From Blasia pusilla (Eukaryota): a stretch of 64,000 nucleotides of DNA. Both the position numbers and the translations under genes were made by a program. Location of the stretch: assembly GCA_050084515.1 (NCBI GenBank), contig CM114271.1, positions 6,386,001-6,450,000 of the forward strand, read 5' to 3'. Positions 40,156-53,502 of the stretch are shown in pieces (the first letter of the stretch is position 1; every line of letters starts with the position of its first letter). The notes beneath the pieces are model-generated. The model did no database searches and was not told the origin of the DNA. It saw only the letters and a program-made list of their open reading frames with translations.

Positions 40156-43100
40156 ATGTACCTGGTGCAGGATAAAGGAGGTGCTGTAGCCTTAATGCTG
40201 GCATCCCTAACCTTTTTGGGGACATGGCCTGCTATCATGAACTATCTCGAGAGGCGTGGCCGTCTACTGCAGCACACTTATTTAGACTACTCGATTACCA
40301 ACTTGCTCGTTGCAGTTGTGTTCGCACTCACACTCGGTCAATTCGGGAGCAGCACAGCGCATAGTCCAAACTTTCTGACTCAGCTTGGCCAGGTATGAGA
40401 ATCCAACTTTTTGCTCTAAGTTCCCCCTCTGTGCTCGGCCCTGATGCATCTCCTCTTCTGCATCTAAGTGCCGTTTTAGAGATTCGAAACAGTGAATAAG
40501 GAGCTGCGCACTTCACCTCAGTGGAGATGTCAAGGGAGTGGAGAAACGTTGTGTAGGCGCTCATTTTTACGGGGCTACTCTCTGTGCTCTTCTTTACATC
40601 AAACAAGCAACTCTCAGAATTCAACGCGCTGGTACAGGTGAGTGAACGCCTGAGAGATATCCTGGTATACCCAATATGAGGACCTGATCCACCTCCTTGC
40701 CAATCGAGATCCTCATGTCCCACTGTAGAACATCTTTTCCCTTCTTGTCACCCAAGTTTGGCGAGGTATCAGGTCCCAGAGCTTCTTCCCGGTATCCTCT
40801 TTACCATGAAAGTCATCAGCGAATGGCAAGGATTGGAATGTCAACAACCCCAATGTGCACTCCACTACCCTAATTGCGTCCAGTCGAGGGTTCAGCAACA
40901 TGTTTAAAAAGAGTTTGATTAGAGACGCCAGCCTTGTATCACTCACTGGTTGATGCGAAAAGAACCAGGCTTCTAGCCATGGACGGGAACTTTACCATTT
41001 GTGTTGTGATACTTCTTCTCCGGCACCATCAACACTTTTCCTGTGCTTTCTGCTTCCACGACGACTATGAAGGGCGATCCTGCCATAACAATGTTATGAG
41101 CCTTCTTGAGGTCTAAGAAGAAGCTGTGTGTGAGCTTACTTTCTTTTCTTCTCTCTTGTTTGATCTGGCTCAAGGTGATTAGCGATTTCCTGTGAACTGC
41201 CTGACGTTCCTCGATCTCATCGTTATGTACTTCAGGTGCAAAGAAACTTCATACATCTTTCCGAGAACGCTCAGTAATTTGTTCACCTAAAGCTACCAAG
41301 GCCCTATGCTCCCTGTCTTGAAGAGATTGACAATGACAAGCACCCTCCAGTTCCTCCAACTATGGTGGAGGAACTCAATAGAGAACAATCATAGCAGCAA
41401 AACCACGTCATGGATTCACTAACCATCCCATGGCGACCGCGAGTTTTTGAGTCCAAGAACTGTTTGATAGCCACACTTACACCCCCGAAGACATCCTATC
41501 AGTGTACAGGTTGCCCAGCTGAAAGCCTCTTCTACAATTCTCTCGCAGATTCTTGACGAATTCTTCCACCATTCTCTCGAAAATTCTACCAGTCAGCAGG
41601 GCGGCAGATTGGTTTGATGCCTATCTCCTTCTAGTAGTGGTCGTAAGGACTCGACAAATCTGGTCGGCAGCGCTCCCCAGCCCACCATTTTCCCCTTACG
41701 AGACGTTTACATCATTTCTAACGTTGAACTTGCTCATGTTCTGAACTTCCGTCCAAAACTTCCCGAGATAATCAGCAACATTGTGATGGGTGGCAGTGCA
41801 TATCTCTTGATACAGCTGCAACCAACGCATTCTTATCATCTTTCGAGAAAGATATGATGCACCCTTCCAATAATTGTCATTGTGCGCCAAGGAGGATTTC
41901 GGCGTAGAAGGATACACACAAAATTTAAGCCCCCTGTTCTAAACTTTTAACCCACACTAGCCAAGTGAAGGAACCCGAATTCATACCACCCTCATGTTAC
42001 TGACCGAGCTTCACAACTAGGAAGCCCTGCTGTTGAAATGAAGGGTTTTTTTGAATTTCAACTAAAGAACTCAACCGAAGTCAGGGGACCCTAATGGTAC
42101 CACCCTTATTTTTTCTGATGCGCTGCACACCTTGGGAGATCGGATGTTGGGAGCCTCTATCACCAGATGGGAAAGAGGGGCTCATGCAGCACAAAGAAGA
42201 ACAGGTGCAATAAGGCTGACACGAAGAGGGTCTACCTGACTTCGTGTGGGTTCTGCGTCCAATCGTCGAAATCTAAAGTTACAGAATGCCGACTGACTGC
42301 AGAACTCATAATTTGCTGGTAGTTCTTAGGAGATGAAAATGTAAGAAGGACTAGTTCTGTTGTTTGACCGAAGTCCTTAAAGACATCCTAATGAAGTCGT
42401 TATGTCCTGTTTCTTACTGTGCCTCAGGACAATGGGCCTTCTGTGGCTTTTGCATTAGCAGGTGGTTTGGTTCTGTCAATTGGAAACCTTGCCTGCCAGT
42501 ACGGGTGGCCATTCGTTGGCCTTTCTGTGACTCAGGTGGTTTCATCCAGCATAACAGTCGTCATAGGTACTTCACTCAACTGCTCCTCATTTTCTCCTTA
42601 CCTCGAGTGCTTTAATGGCATGTTCATCTGCTTCCTCATCTTCCTTTCTCGTCTCTTCAATTCTTCTGTCGTTCCTAAGAATCCTTTCTCGATTTCCTCC
42701 TGGGTGGTAGCGAAAGAACTTAGCTGCTTTATCCGGTTATTTCTAGAACAATGACAGAAACCCAGTCTGCTGATTTGGTTCATGCATTACCGGAAATCGT
42801 TGTCGGGATCTGAGAAGGTCAGTGGTCGATGGACTCTGGCTCTTATTGTTCCTCGGATTTCGGATCGGTCTTAGGCCCGTCACGCATCTGACTTACCAAG
42901 AGTTCAGCAAGCATTTTGCTGCTATCTCTAGATCCATTTCTTTCAATACTGCAGTTTGGCAAGGAATTCTACCTAGCTATGGATGAATGGCATCCGGCTT
43001 GTCTTTAAGTTAGGGGTTGCAATGACAGCCTCCAACTTCAGAACTATCAAGGTGAATTTACATATGACCAAACCTCACGCCGTGCCTATGGAACTGAAGT

Positions 43101-46100
43101 TCAGAAATTGGGTTTATGACATGAGGGCCCAGGCTGGCTTAAGGAACTCAGAGAATAGAGCACCTCCTCACACTCTTGGTACTCGTTGAGTAGATATCGA
43201 AGGAGCCAAGACCAAACAAGTTGTTTTGCTGTTTTGAAGTTTCAAAATGGCATTTCACACAGTTCCATGGGTCTCTCCTTTGGAAGCGGCTAGAGGAATG
43301 AGACGTCCCTACCCATTTTCTCGTTGCAATCGAAGTGCTGCATGTCCAAGGTCACCACCGGGAATCAGATAAAATATCCTCAAACGTGGAGGATAAACAA
43401 GTCTTTTGGACTATACATCTATGATCTCGAAGAACTATTTCATGCGGTCAAACGCGAAGACCCAAATTGGCGCTCTTGATGATCCCATTGCTGCCGTAGT
43501 TTGCATATGGCCTTGGCCTTGCTAGCGAGAACAGAATCTGGTCACCAGCTCTACCTCCGTAAATTCTGGGGGTTAGGCACTCCGTGTTTATTCAGAGGCA
43601 CGGGCCTGCTTCTGCTGTTGAGATCGTGCGAGAATACATGTCAAGCGTGTAGTTCAATCCCAAAAACCAGTGGCAGTCGAATGGCATTCGAAGCAAAGAT
43701 AATGCAGGGACGAGGTTTCTTCACCTCTTCAAATCCAGCTGGGAGAAGGGAAAGGTGGCGCACACCTTACCAACTCCAACTCTTCAATGCTGCAGTCGAC
43801 ACTCCATGGCTCTGAACTTTGGGATCCCAGCTCTCGCAAATGATTTAAGATCTTGGATAGGCCACCCTTTATGTGCTAATGCCTCCGCATCAGGAAAAAC
43901 CACCTCACTTGGCGTTGTCTTCTCAGGGAGGTCACACTGGAGATACATTGTCTCAAAGGATTCATCAATCTCTTCTCTCGAACACCTAGATGATATCAAC
44001 GATGAGAAACAGGATGCAAGGAAGTGGAAAAAGATGAAAATGTACCATGCCCTTCATGAAAGTTGAGAGATTAGCTGAACAAATGACTAACCTCTCAGAC
44101 CCTCTGACTACAAGCAGTATCGACCACTTGTCAGATGTGGTTTGTAAGGCTTAAGAGTAAGCTTTCACTCATGAAAAGGGAAGCCAGACTCGGTAGACAC
44201 TTCAATTTGGAAGACTCCTTTCCAAGTAAAGCTTCCATGAGAGAATTAGAGGGTACTTCCCCAATGTTTTTCAGGATGCTCCTGTGAGTCCTTTCGTGTC
44301 TTGTAAGAACCAGGTTCAATTTAGTGAACTTTTATATCAATTTTTGGGTGCTAGAGTGGAACTGTTAGCTTCGCAATAGAACAATTCACTTTTATTTCTG
44401 TCAATGTCGAAGTCTTGTATGATCTGGCCCACCTAATTATTGCAAATATCCTAGGAACTTTCAATTCTGATGGCCAATGACCCAGTTGATTCTTTCCTTC
44501 TTCCTTTCTAAAGAACGTCCTTGGATCACTCAACTCCATGCGGATAGCTAAGTCAGTGGTTTTTTCTCATGAAGAAGACTCGTGCTACCTAAACTCACTC
44601 AAAATTCGTTCCTCTGACGACTGGGCCTTAATTTTTCTGATCTCTGCAGGCACAACTTTGAACTACTTCCTGGATGGGCGCATTAACCGCGCTGAGATTT
44701 TATTCCCAGGGGTTGGATGCTTTCTGGTAGCAGTTGTCTTAGGCTCCTTTCTCCACAGATCCAATTCTGCAGATAACATAGAAAAGCTCAAGCTGGCCGA
44801 GAAAGAAGGCACAGGTCAGGACGTGGAGGTCCAAGGGTCGCGAGCAAACCTTGAGAGGTGAGTAAATGTTTTCAATCTTTTTAATCTTTGATTCATGGGT
44901 TCATTCTTTGAAAATCATGGGGTAAGATTAATGGGTTTATTCTTCGTAAAGGCCACCAAAGGAACGGGACCATGATCGTAGGAAACGATCGGGATGAACC
45001 CTCCTCTTGTTGAATCTGTACTGCCACAACTTGGTTATTTCGATATCAAGCTCCCATGGAGAAGTGCGTGTGCGAAGCTTTTGCGTTTTTCCTGGCACGT
45101 GCTGGTGGTATTCCCTCGATCATACACACGACAAAGGCCATTTTATGTACACGATGGGTAATGCCACATTAGTGGATCTGAGAGAATTGTATCATATGTG
45201 TTCTCAAGGTAGAAGAGGTCAGAAACTGAGCTCACATTTCACTCATAATGTTTTGATTTTTTCTCTCTGTGAATCAGGTCCACTGCACAACGTGGAGAAC
45301 TTCCACCAGGTAGGTCGTTTCAAGATGCACGGACTTTCAATCGTACATCTTCGTGGGGAAGTAAATTGCATGCCCAACTTCTGAACTCACCAGACTAGGT
45401 GCTGCATGCTGCCTACGCAGGGTTGGCAGGTGTGAAAGCTGTTGCAACGCCTGATACTAAAGCCGCGACAGGCAGTGCTGCTTTCTTGCTGGAGTTGGAA
45501 GAGAAGAGAGCTGTGAAGGTTTGTGAGAGATTCAAGAGAGCTGTGTACTTTGATGGTTGATGATTCAGCAAGTGTTGCATAGTTGGAAGCTTTGAGTGCT
45601 AATGAGTGAATGTTTGAATGATATTCATCTGCATGTCTACGATCTAAAAAACTCCCTCCCTTCTCATTTTGAAACTTGGTAAACCCCCTTCCCAGCCCCT
45701 AAATCCCTTCCTCATCTCTCCTTTCATTCGAACCCGCCTGTCTTCTCCTTCATTTCAGAAAAAGATATAAGATTCTCATTCGGGAAAAGAATCCTCTCAA
45801 ATCCCACCTCCTTGTTTGAAAAGTAAATCCCCTCTCTTTTAACCCCCTCCTATGTAAAATCATTTCACACATCATCCGTTCAAAATTTTGTAGGATATCT
45901 ACATCTGCACTTTTCAATAATAATAATAATAGTAGTAGTGATATGAAGGATGTCCACTCGCAGGCTGGCAGTGCTAGTTACTGGTTTGGACTGTCGATCG
46001 TGTTCTTCTCAGGCTTGTGCTTTTCACTCTTCACTCCTGCGTTCAACTTGGCATCCAATGATCAGTGGAAGTTGCTGAAGCCTGGAGTGCCTCACCTGGT

Positions 46101-47101
46101 GGTGTACACGGCGTTCTTCTACTTTTCAATTGCAGCCTTCGTCTTTGGATTCGGCATCAACCTCTTGTTTCTATACCGTCCCATGATAGGTCTACCGAGC
46201 TCATCCTTCTCAGCTTACTTGTCAGATTGGAAGGGTCGCCCTTGGGCTCTCCTGGCAGGTGTACTCTGTGGTCTTGGCAATGGCTTTCAATTCATGGGTG
46301 GTCAAGCAGCTGGTTACGCTGCAGCAGATGCAGTGCAGGTATCATTATGCCCAGATCGGTTCATTGTTTCTCCAACATGTGAAGTCCTTGTGTCTATGTG
46401 AGAGTCCATGGGAGCCGATCATTATCCACCACCCGATTGGTCATTGTTTCTTCAACATGTGTGGGCCTTTTGTCTCTGTGAGATTCTATAGAAAGTAGAA
46501 GCTGATCAGTAACCACCACCAGATTGGTCATTACTTCTTCAACATGTGAGGCCTTTCTGTCTATGCCAGATTTCTGTAGAAGCTGATCAGTGTCCACCAT
46601 CAGATAGGATTATTTCTTAAACATGTGAGGGCCTCCTGGCTACGTGAGATTCTATAGAAGCTGATTATTATCCACCACCAAATTGGCCATTTTTTCTTCA
46701 ACTTTTAAAGGGCTGCTCTCTACTCGAGTTTCTACAGAACCTGATCAGTATCCATCCCCAAATTATCATTGCTCCTTCAACGTGTCCTCGAGGGCCTTCT
46801 GTCTAGGTGGGATTCCATAGAAGCTGATCAGTACACACCCCCAAATCGGTCACTGTTTGATAAACATGCGAAGGCCTACTGTCTACTTGAGATTCTACAG
46901 AGGCTGATAAGAACCCACCCACCTGACTGTTGCTGCTTGCAGGCCCTGCCCCTGGTGAGCACGTTCTGGGGAATCTTGATATTTGGAGAATACCACCGAT
47001 CATCTCGAAAAACCTACGTACTTCTGGCAACGATGTTGCTCATGTTCGTAGCTGCAGTAGCTGTCTTAATGAGCTCGTCTGGACACAGAAAATCATCGTA
47101 A
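40156..47101 (+). CDS. UPS: Ureide permease (UPS family). Exons 40156-40392, 42428-42566, 44650-44857, 45278-45309, 45421-45518, 45964-46338, 46943-47101
   Basis: MYLVQDKGGAVALMLASLTFLGTWPA...HTYLDYSITN, GNLACQYGWPFVGLSVT, GTTLNYFLDGRINRAEILFPGV, AAFLLELEEKRAVK, FNLASNDQW, QFMGGQAAGYAAADAVQALPLVSTFWGILIFGEY...SSGHRK match plant UPS proteins. Intron phases are consistent. Confidence 0.96.
40600..41920 (-). mobile_element. Decayed non-LTR (LINE, RTE-like) reverse transcriptase in UPS intron 1, antisense
   Basis: RT-like fragments in order: WKGA...YQEI (41696-41917), FFLDLKKAHNIV...NTNGKVPVHG (40973-41173), SFRINQ*VIQG, LFLNMLLNP and SLPFADD (40713-40946). Confidence 0.7.
42950..44540 (-). mobile_element. 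Decayed L1-type LINE 3' fragment in UPS intron 2, antisense
   Basis: zf-RVT-like 'EETSSLHYLCFECHSTATGFW' at ~43660-43725, preceded by 'LAHKGWPIQD'. Boundaries are approximate. Confidence 0.55.
46345..46925. repeat. About 7 diverged copies of an ~80-bp tandem repeat filling the last UPS intron
   Basis: The unit CCAGATTGGTCATTGTTTCTTCAACATGTGAGG.CCTT.TGTCTA.GTGAGATTCTATAGAAGCTGATCAGTATCCACCA recurs at ~46351, 46432, 46519, 46600, 46678, 46758 and 46841. Confidence 0.93.
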
Positions 47102-47600
47102 CTGCAGCCACATCTGGATGAGGATGAGCTCATCCTCTGGACTACACAAGAACAAAACTCTAACGATTTGGTCGTAGGATTCCTCCGTTCAGCCTCTTGA
47201 CCATCATTCTTCTACTGATGGCCAAGAGGCTGGGCCATGATGAGTCTTCCTGTACATAACCAGTTAAATACGATTCATAGCGCTCGAACCACAACGAAAA
47301 CGTGGTTGAATTTAGGATGATGGATGAATGTCGTCTATCAATGTCGGTTTGTTTTGACGATTTGGGAATGGATTCGGAAGGAAGTTCGGCATTTAATATC
47401 ATTAACGAAAAAAATTGTTTATGCTATAGACTCTTTTAATTTGTATTGACTGAAAATTATCATTTCGTTCATCTCTTCGTAAATGTGTTATTTTCCTTCA
47501 TGGAGAGAATTCTCCCTAATCCAATACTTCGATGGTTATGGCCCCATCTTAAACGTCCCAAAAAAATATCTCGACTTAAAAGTTAAGTTAAAAATTTTGA

Positions 47601-47656
47601 GCAAGGAGAATGAGTAATTGTTCAAGCATGCTTGAGCAATTACTCATTCTCCTTGC
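47601..47656. repeat. 56-bp loop-less palindrome (1 mismatch)
   Basis: GCAAGGAGAATGAGTAATTGTTCAAGCA|TGCTTGAGCAATTACTCATTCTCCTTGC. Confidence 0.95.
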
Positions 47657-50600
47657 AGTTGTCGATTGCACGAGCACATCTTCATTGTGATGCATTGGAC
47701 AATAATGTAGGAAGTCTTGTAGCTCAATGTAATGTCAAGTCATCATTTTGTATTGGCATTCTCAAATCGTGGAAACCAATGAGCCATCATTAAAACAATC
47801 CAAAGCTCTTGTTTTCTCAATAGTGCTGGTGCTATCTTGCTCCAATATAGTTGTTTTGAATGGACCTCTTTGCAATGCATAAACTCCCCTTTGCTTGGAA
47901 AAAAAGGTTTTTCATGATCCCATCTTAACACCCCAAAAGAATTTATGACCTTGAGAATGTATCATCTATCCGAAAAATCGCTATATGGGTGTCACGTTTC
48001 ATTTCCCCAAGCATGCAAGAGTTTTAGGTGTTGGTCGCTCAATCTGGTTAGTGGCTCACCCTTCTTGAAACACGTCAAAGAAACAAAGGATGTGATTTGT
48101 TATCTGTGGGGAGCTTAGAGACATCACATGGAAGATAATCCTATCCTAAGCCTCATTGAAATAATCAAACTTGATTGTACTTTAGATGATCACATTAGTG
48201 TAGCTCTACATCTACATTTAATTATCTATTGTGGCTCAGTCATCACAATCATCTTGACCCGATTCACAATTTGGTCACATATTGTGATGATTTTCCTATA
48301 AGTTCTTACAAGAGACATGGTAGACTATGGAGGAAGTAGAAATAATGTACCAAATACACTTACTTTTTTTTTGCAAGAATATTCCTAGAGGTTGTCTATT
48401 ACATGCATCACAAGTAGTAACCCCATATGAACTCAATCCATAAGTTATAGCTCCAAGGAAATTTGAGCTCAAAGTTGTGAGGAAAATATCAATACCACAT
48501 GCACTCCACTAGCTAGTTATTAATGTTGTCCTTTCATGAATGAAGTTTAATTTATATACTACTAGCTCTCCATCCAACCTAACTCCACTTATGTATTTGA
48601 GATTTTGCCCATAACATCAAAAATCCAATGATTAAATATCAAGAACCATCAAAAATTTATTTGTGATTGGTCAGAGTCTCATTTAAGGGACCTCCAACTT
48701 TCAATCCTAACTACACTAAACGAAAATACTAAGTGTGCTTCCTCCATCAAAATTGATATCCACTACCTTGTCCTATGATTTCTCATTCTACTCAACATAT
48801 ATCGACTGTCATCTACATTTCTAAGATTTTTCAATGTTATAAATCCTAGAACATATCTACACAAATAACTAGGCACATCTCAATTAAAACGAATCTTTAG
48901 ATAAAACTCCATCTTTAAGCATGATATGCTAAAATTCCACAATGCATGAATATTAAGTACCATGCTTATAGTAAGAGATATGAAGTGGAGACTCCACTAA
49001 GCCAATGGACTTAGCCCATGATTCTACTATGGCCTTGATTTCTTAACTTGATCTCTCCATTGTGCCCCATCTCATCAATTTGAATTGTATAGGGTTTGGG
49101 GATTACCATGTATAGTTAATTTTCTTATTTCCAATATATATATATATATATAAAAACTTGATGATCGAGGATCATCATAATTAACCCCCATCCTCGTGTG
49201 GATTTCTCTATTATTCAGATAATGACTTTATTTGAATCATTAATTTTACTGGATAATAATAAGTTCTACCACAAAACCAAAAAACTGTCCGACAAAACAA
49301 AGGGCACTTACGACCTCTACAGCATTGGCATACCTTTTATAATCTAGCAACTCTTGGCCTCTTTCAAGGCCCTCTTGAGGGCGCACACCAGTAACTTCTC
49401 TCCGATCATCAAGTTAATATATATATATATATATGTGGATGGTACTAGAGTATAGTAGAGGTGCACTTGGGAACTCCTTTGGAATCCTTAGCTTGCAATT
49501 TTGTTGTCCTATTGCTTAGCTCATGCCCTATTTGTATCTTCTAGATTAAAATATAAAAATTCATGATTTTGTCCTCACCTCTCTTCTTCCCACTTTAGAT
49601 TCACTAATGGCATTAAAAACCAGAAAAGCTATCTGTATGTGGCAAACTTATCTCGTCAAAAGCCTTTTCAAAGAAACCACATCTCTTTCACCATATTTTC
49701 AACATGCCCTACCTCTTAGTCAAATGGTCGTCCTCCAAGTTCTATATTTACCTCTAATAGTTCCTCAAAAGTTGTCCTATCCGATCTGAATTTTTCTATG
49801 TGTTGGATTCTATTTGTCTACTTTATGACATGATTTCTTATCCCTCGTGTTTAATCTATAAATCAAATAAAAGACAAGAAACACACAAGTGCTCGTTGGG
49901 ATGGTAGGATCGTGAGGCATTATCTTTGTCCATTTAGGTAGTGATAACTTAAGAAAATCGTCCCCAAAATGATAAAAGTTTTAGAAAAGTTGGTATATAA
50001 ACATATAAACACCATATAAACACGCTGAAAACTCTAGAAACTAGTAATATGGACAGTATTAAATAAATTAAGATATTTATAAAAGATTCATATTCCAATT
50101 GGCGATGAGTCGACGTTTCTCCGCCCGCCCGCCCGCCCGCCCGAGCCTGCGACGAGAAAAGAGAAGGAGCCAAGCGGTACTATCTCGACCGGATCCCGAC
50201 TCGGGGCCGGTGATTTCCGCGGACGGGCCGGAGGGAGATCCAGTCGCTATCTCGACCGTGGAATCTCGCCTGGAAACGTGATATCCCGAGGCTCCGATCG
50301 GGAATTCTTCGCGTAACTCGGTGGGTCCTTTTTCCCCCTACTGTACAGAGCGAATGATCCTCTCATCATAAAAGCAACGGTCACTATCGGTCTGACTGGG
50401 TCCACCGCTTTTCTCCCGTATGGTCCAGGTGGCGTCTGGAGGTCGCCCATCAAGACCCGTTCCGGGTTCCGGGACGACTTTAAGGACTTGTACTGCTGCT
50501 ACTGCATGCTGGTATCTGCGTGCCATTGACTTTCGGTACATAGTGCTCGGCCATTAAAAAGACGGCCGTTCGAATGATACGATACTAGTTTCCACGCTGC

Positions 50601-52714
50601 CCGCTACGGCTTCTACCACGACGGGCTAGCGGTGGTATCCTTCCGGGGCCCACCTTACCTACGGTGCTTCAGTTGAATTCTGAGGGGCGACGTTAGCTGT
50701 AGGTATCCTCCGTGGTGGCGTGGCGTCCAGTTTGGAACCTATCTAGTCTCGTTAGAAAGAGAAGATGCACTTCGATAAAAACGAGTGATGGAAAACCCAT
50801 CGGAAGTGCAAAAGAGGGGGGCTCAAAGAGTCAAAACATGAAGGCCACAACAGGACCAGAAAAGGAAGAAGGGGGCATTCCCTCTCCTAATGACGAAACT
50901 CACCAACAGCAGAGACAATATCAGCAACACCAAGAAAGCTATGACTACTACTAAGTGGGGAGGACTTCTTCTTCTTCTTCTTTTTCTTTTGGTTTTGCCA
51001 TGTCAGTCTCGTGACACGTGCCTCCAGGATTTTAAGGGTGGGTTTTGTTTTTACTGCAGCTCTAATTGCTTCCACAAACACAAAATTCATTTTTGGTAAA
51101 TTCTTTTAAATGTCAAAAGGGATGAAGTGGAAGAGAATCCTAGGATTTACTTTTCGAGTCTTCATTATTTTTTCAGAAATAATGAAAATAAATAAATTAG
51201 AAGGTAGATAAGATTTCCTATTGAGAGTAGAAGACTCTATTCCTGCTTGCAATCCTAAAAAAAAACCTTGCCCATAGTAGAATACTTTGAAAGCATGGAG
51301 AAGACTTGAAAAGCCGATGCTTCTTCAAAAAAGCAAGTCAAGGTCTAGTGTTCATGGATGGATGGTACCAAGGATGATCACCTTTCTAAATGGAAAGCAC
51401 TTTGGCACGAAAGAAGAAAAAAAAGGGACAAATATATCACATGGAAATAAAGGGCCACATATGTATAGGTCTTTAAAAACATTTGATAAGTTATCTTGAG
51501 GGCCTAAAAAAATAAAAACTTGGAGGACTCAAATGTTCAGCCATTGGAAGAAAAAAAATTTCTCTCCTTGGGGTTAGCCACTATCCATAGCTCCTAATAT
51601 CCAATGATAAGAATGTTTTTTTTTTACCTTGCCTATGCTAAAACATTTTCCTGTTGCCCCATTGTCATACGTCAATTAGATAAGTGTTTGTGAATCAAGA
51701 AGTCATCCTCCCTTAACAATATAGATGGCTTAGACTTATGATGTTTACAACCCCTCCTATCAACACCATAAGGTATGCAAAGGTGATTGATAATTTGCAT
51801 GGGGCATGAATTTGACATAATTTTAACCCTTGACGAATAACCTTATGCATGCAATTTTTTTCTACGCACTTTAATGTGATGCTTCAAATCTCATATAAAT
51901 ATATTTTCATGCCATACGTAGGAGAGGCTATCACCATATCATAGTTTTATGCAATTGGGAATGATGGATAGAATGCATCAACAAACTTTCCAAGGGAAAA
52001 ATTCTATTTGAATGGACATCCGAAATATATGGAAGCTAGGAAATCTATGCTTGAAGACTTATTCACATGAATCACACCTCTAGAATTTTCTTATCTTGAC
52101 TAGTCGTGAGAATTATAATCCATATATGTTAATACGTACATCTGGTTTTGCACTAGGAGCAATAATATCCCAAGATTATAAAGAAGGAAGAGAGTATCCT
52201 CTTCATTTTGCCGATAGATAACTAAATGCCTCAAAGCATAATTCTAGCATTAAGGAAAGGGAAGCATTGGGGGTTTATCAAGTTTGGTCTTTATCTATTG
52301 GCATGGAAATCCACCATCTTTGTGGAACACATTGCAATCAAGGACCTGCTACAAAAGTTGGACTCAAAAAAAATGAAAAGATTGCGTGTTGGATAATGCT
52401 TATAGAAGAGTTTGACACAAGAATCATCTACAAATTCATAGCCAAACGTACCTGGAAATGCAAAGAGGATGTTGCACATGTATGGACCTTTAGGATAGGA
52501 TTTAGATTCAATTCTAGATAACAAGGTTGCTCAATTGCTTGAAGTACAGTGATATGAGTCCATAGTCATAGTTTTGCAAACTCAATAGGTCCCTACAAAT
52601 TTAGAGAGAGTGGAAAAATAAAATTTAGTACATACCACTTTATTTGACATACTCATCAAGGGTATATTATACCAAAGGGAAAAAGATGATTTTCTACATC
52701 ATTGTCTCCAACCT

Positions 52715-53307
52715 TGTCACATCTGAGTAGCGGATAGATCGAGATCTATTGTGGATAGGGCATAGGAGCCAGCGAAATGTCTTAAGTGTAACTTTGTCCC
52801 GAGGTGTCAAATGAGGTTGAGGATAGGTCCGTTGTGTCAAGAACATCGTTTCTTTCAACTTTCCTGTTGAGGTCTTTCACAGCCAGGTGACTTGTTGAGC
52901 AGGTAATCCGCCCCTAGTCACGTGTGCGGGCAGGTTACCAAGAGGATAGCTATTTTCCTATCCTATATAAGGGAGGAAGATGACTTTACCAAGCCATCTT
53001 TCTCATGTTGGGCCGTTGGAGTACCATTCTTGCTTGTGTATGAGTTAGGACTAGGTGCTAGCGTTTGGATTCCTTGATAACACGGGATGAACGAGGCTTG
53101 ATATGCCGATGTAGATTGAGTAGTGGAGTTTTAGGTCGGGTGTGCCATTTTTATTACTCTTTATTTTTGTTGTGTGATCTCCATGTATATGTATTAGTTG
53201 ATTTATGTACATGTGTGGATCTACCCATGTGTAGGGAAGATCGGTGTTATGTGGTGTGGATGTGACCGAGCAATGTATGTTATGTAGCAATGTGTATGTG
53301 CACGATG
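52715..53307 (+). mobile_element. Solo LTR (593 bp) with 4-bp TSD ACCT
   Basis: Starts TGTCACATCTGAGTAGCGGATAGATCGAGATCTA and ends TGTGTATGTGCACGATG (decayed CA). ACCT occurs at 52711-52714 and 53308-53311. Both termini resemble the reverse complement of 1904-2503. Confidence 0.75.
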
Positions 53308-53502
53308 ACCTTTTGGAAGTGTCATTGACTCAACATTCATACAAGCTTGTTGAAGTTACATCTTTCATACGCTTGTAGAGATCACTTCTCTCATAGAGTT
53401 GCTATATGGAAAACCTTTAAGCTTGAGTAATATTGGCCTAGCTACTATAGGGCAATATATCCAAAAATATATCAAATGTTTTTCGTAGCTACCATAAGGT
53501 AG

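Noticed and set aside
46345-46925. CRISPR-like periodicity
   Set aside because: The whole unit is repeated with no unique spacers, it lies in a spliceosomal intron, and no cas genes are present.
47950-48850. Integrase-like remnants
   Set aside because: Too decayed to assign boundaries or a family by eye.
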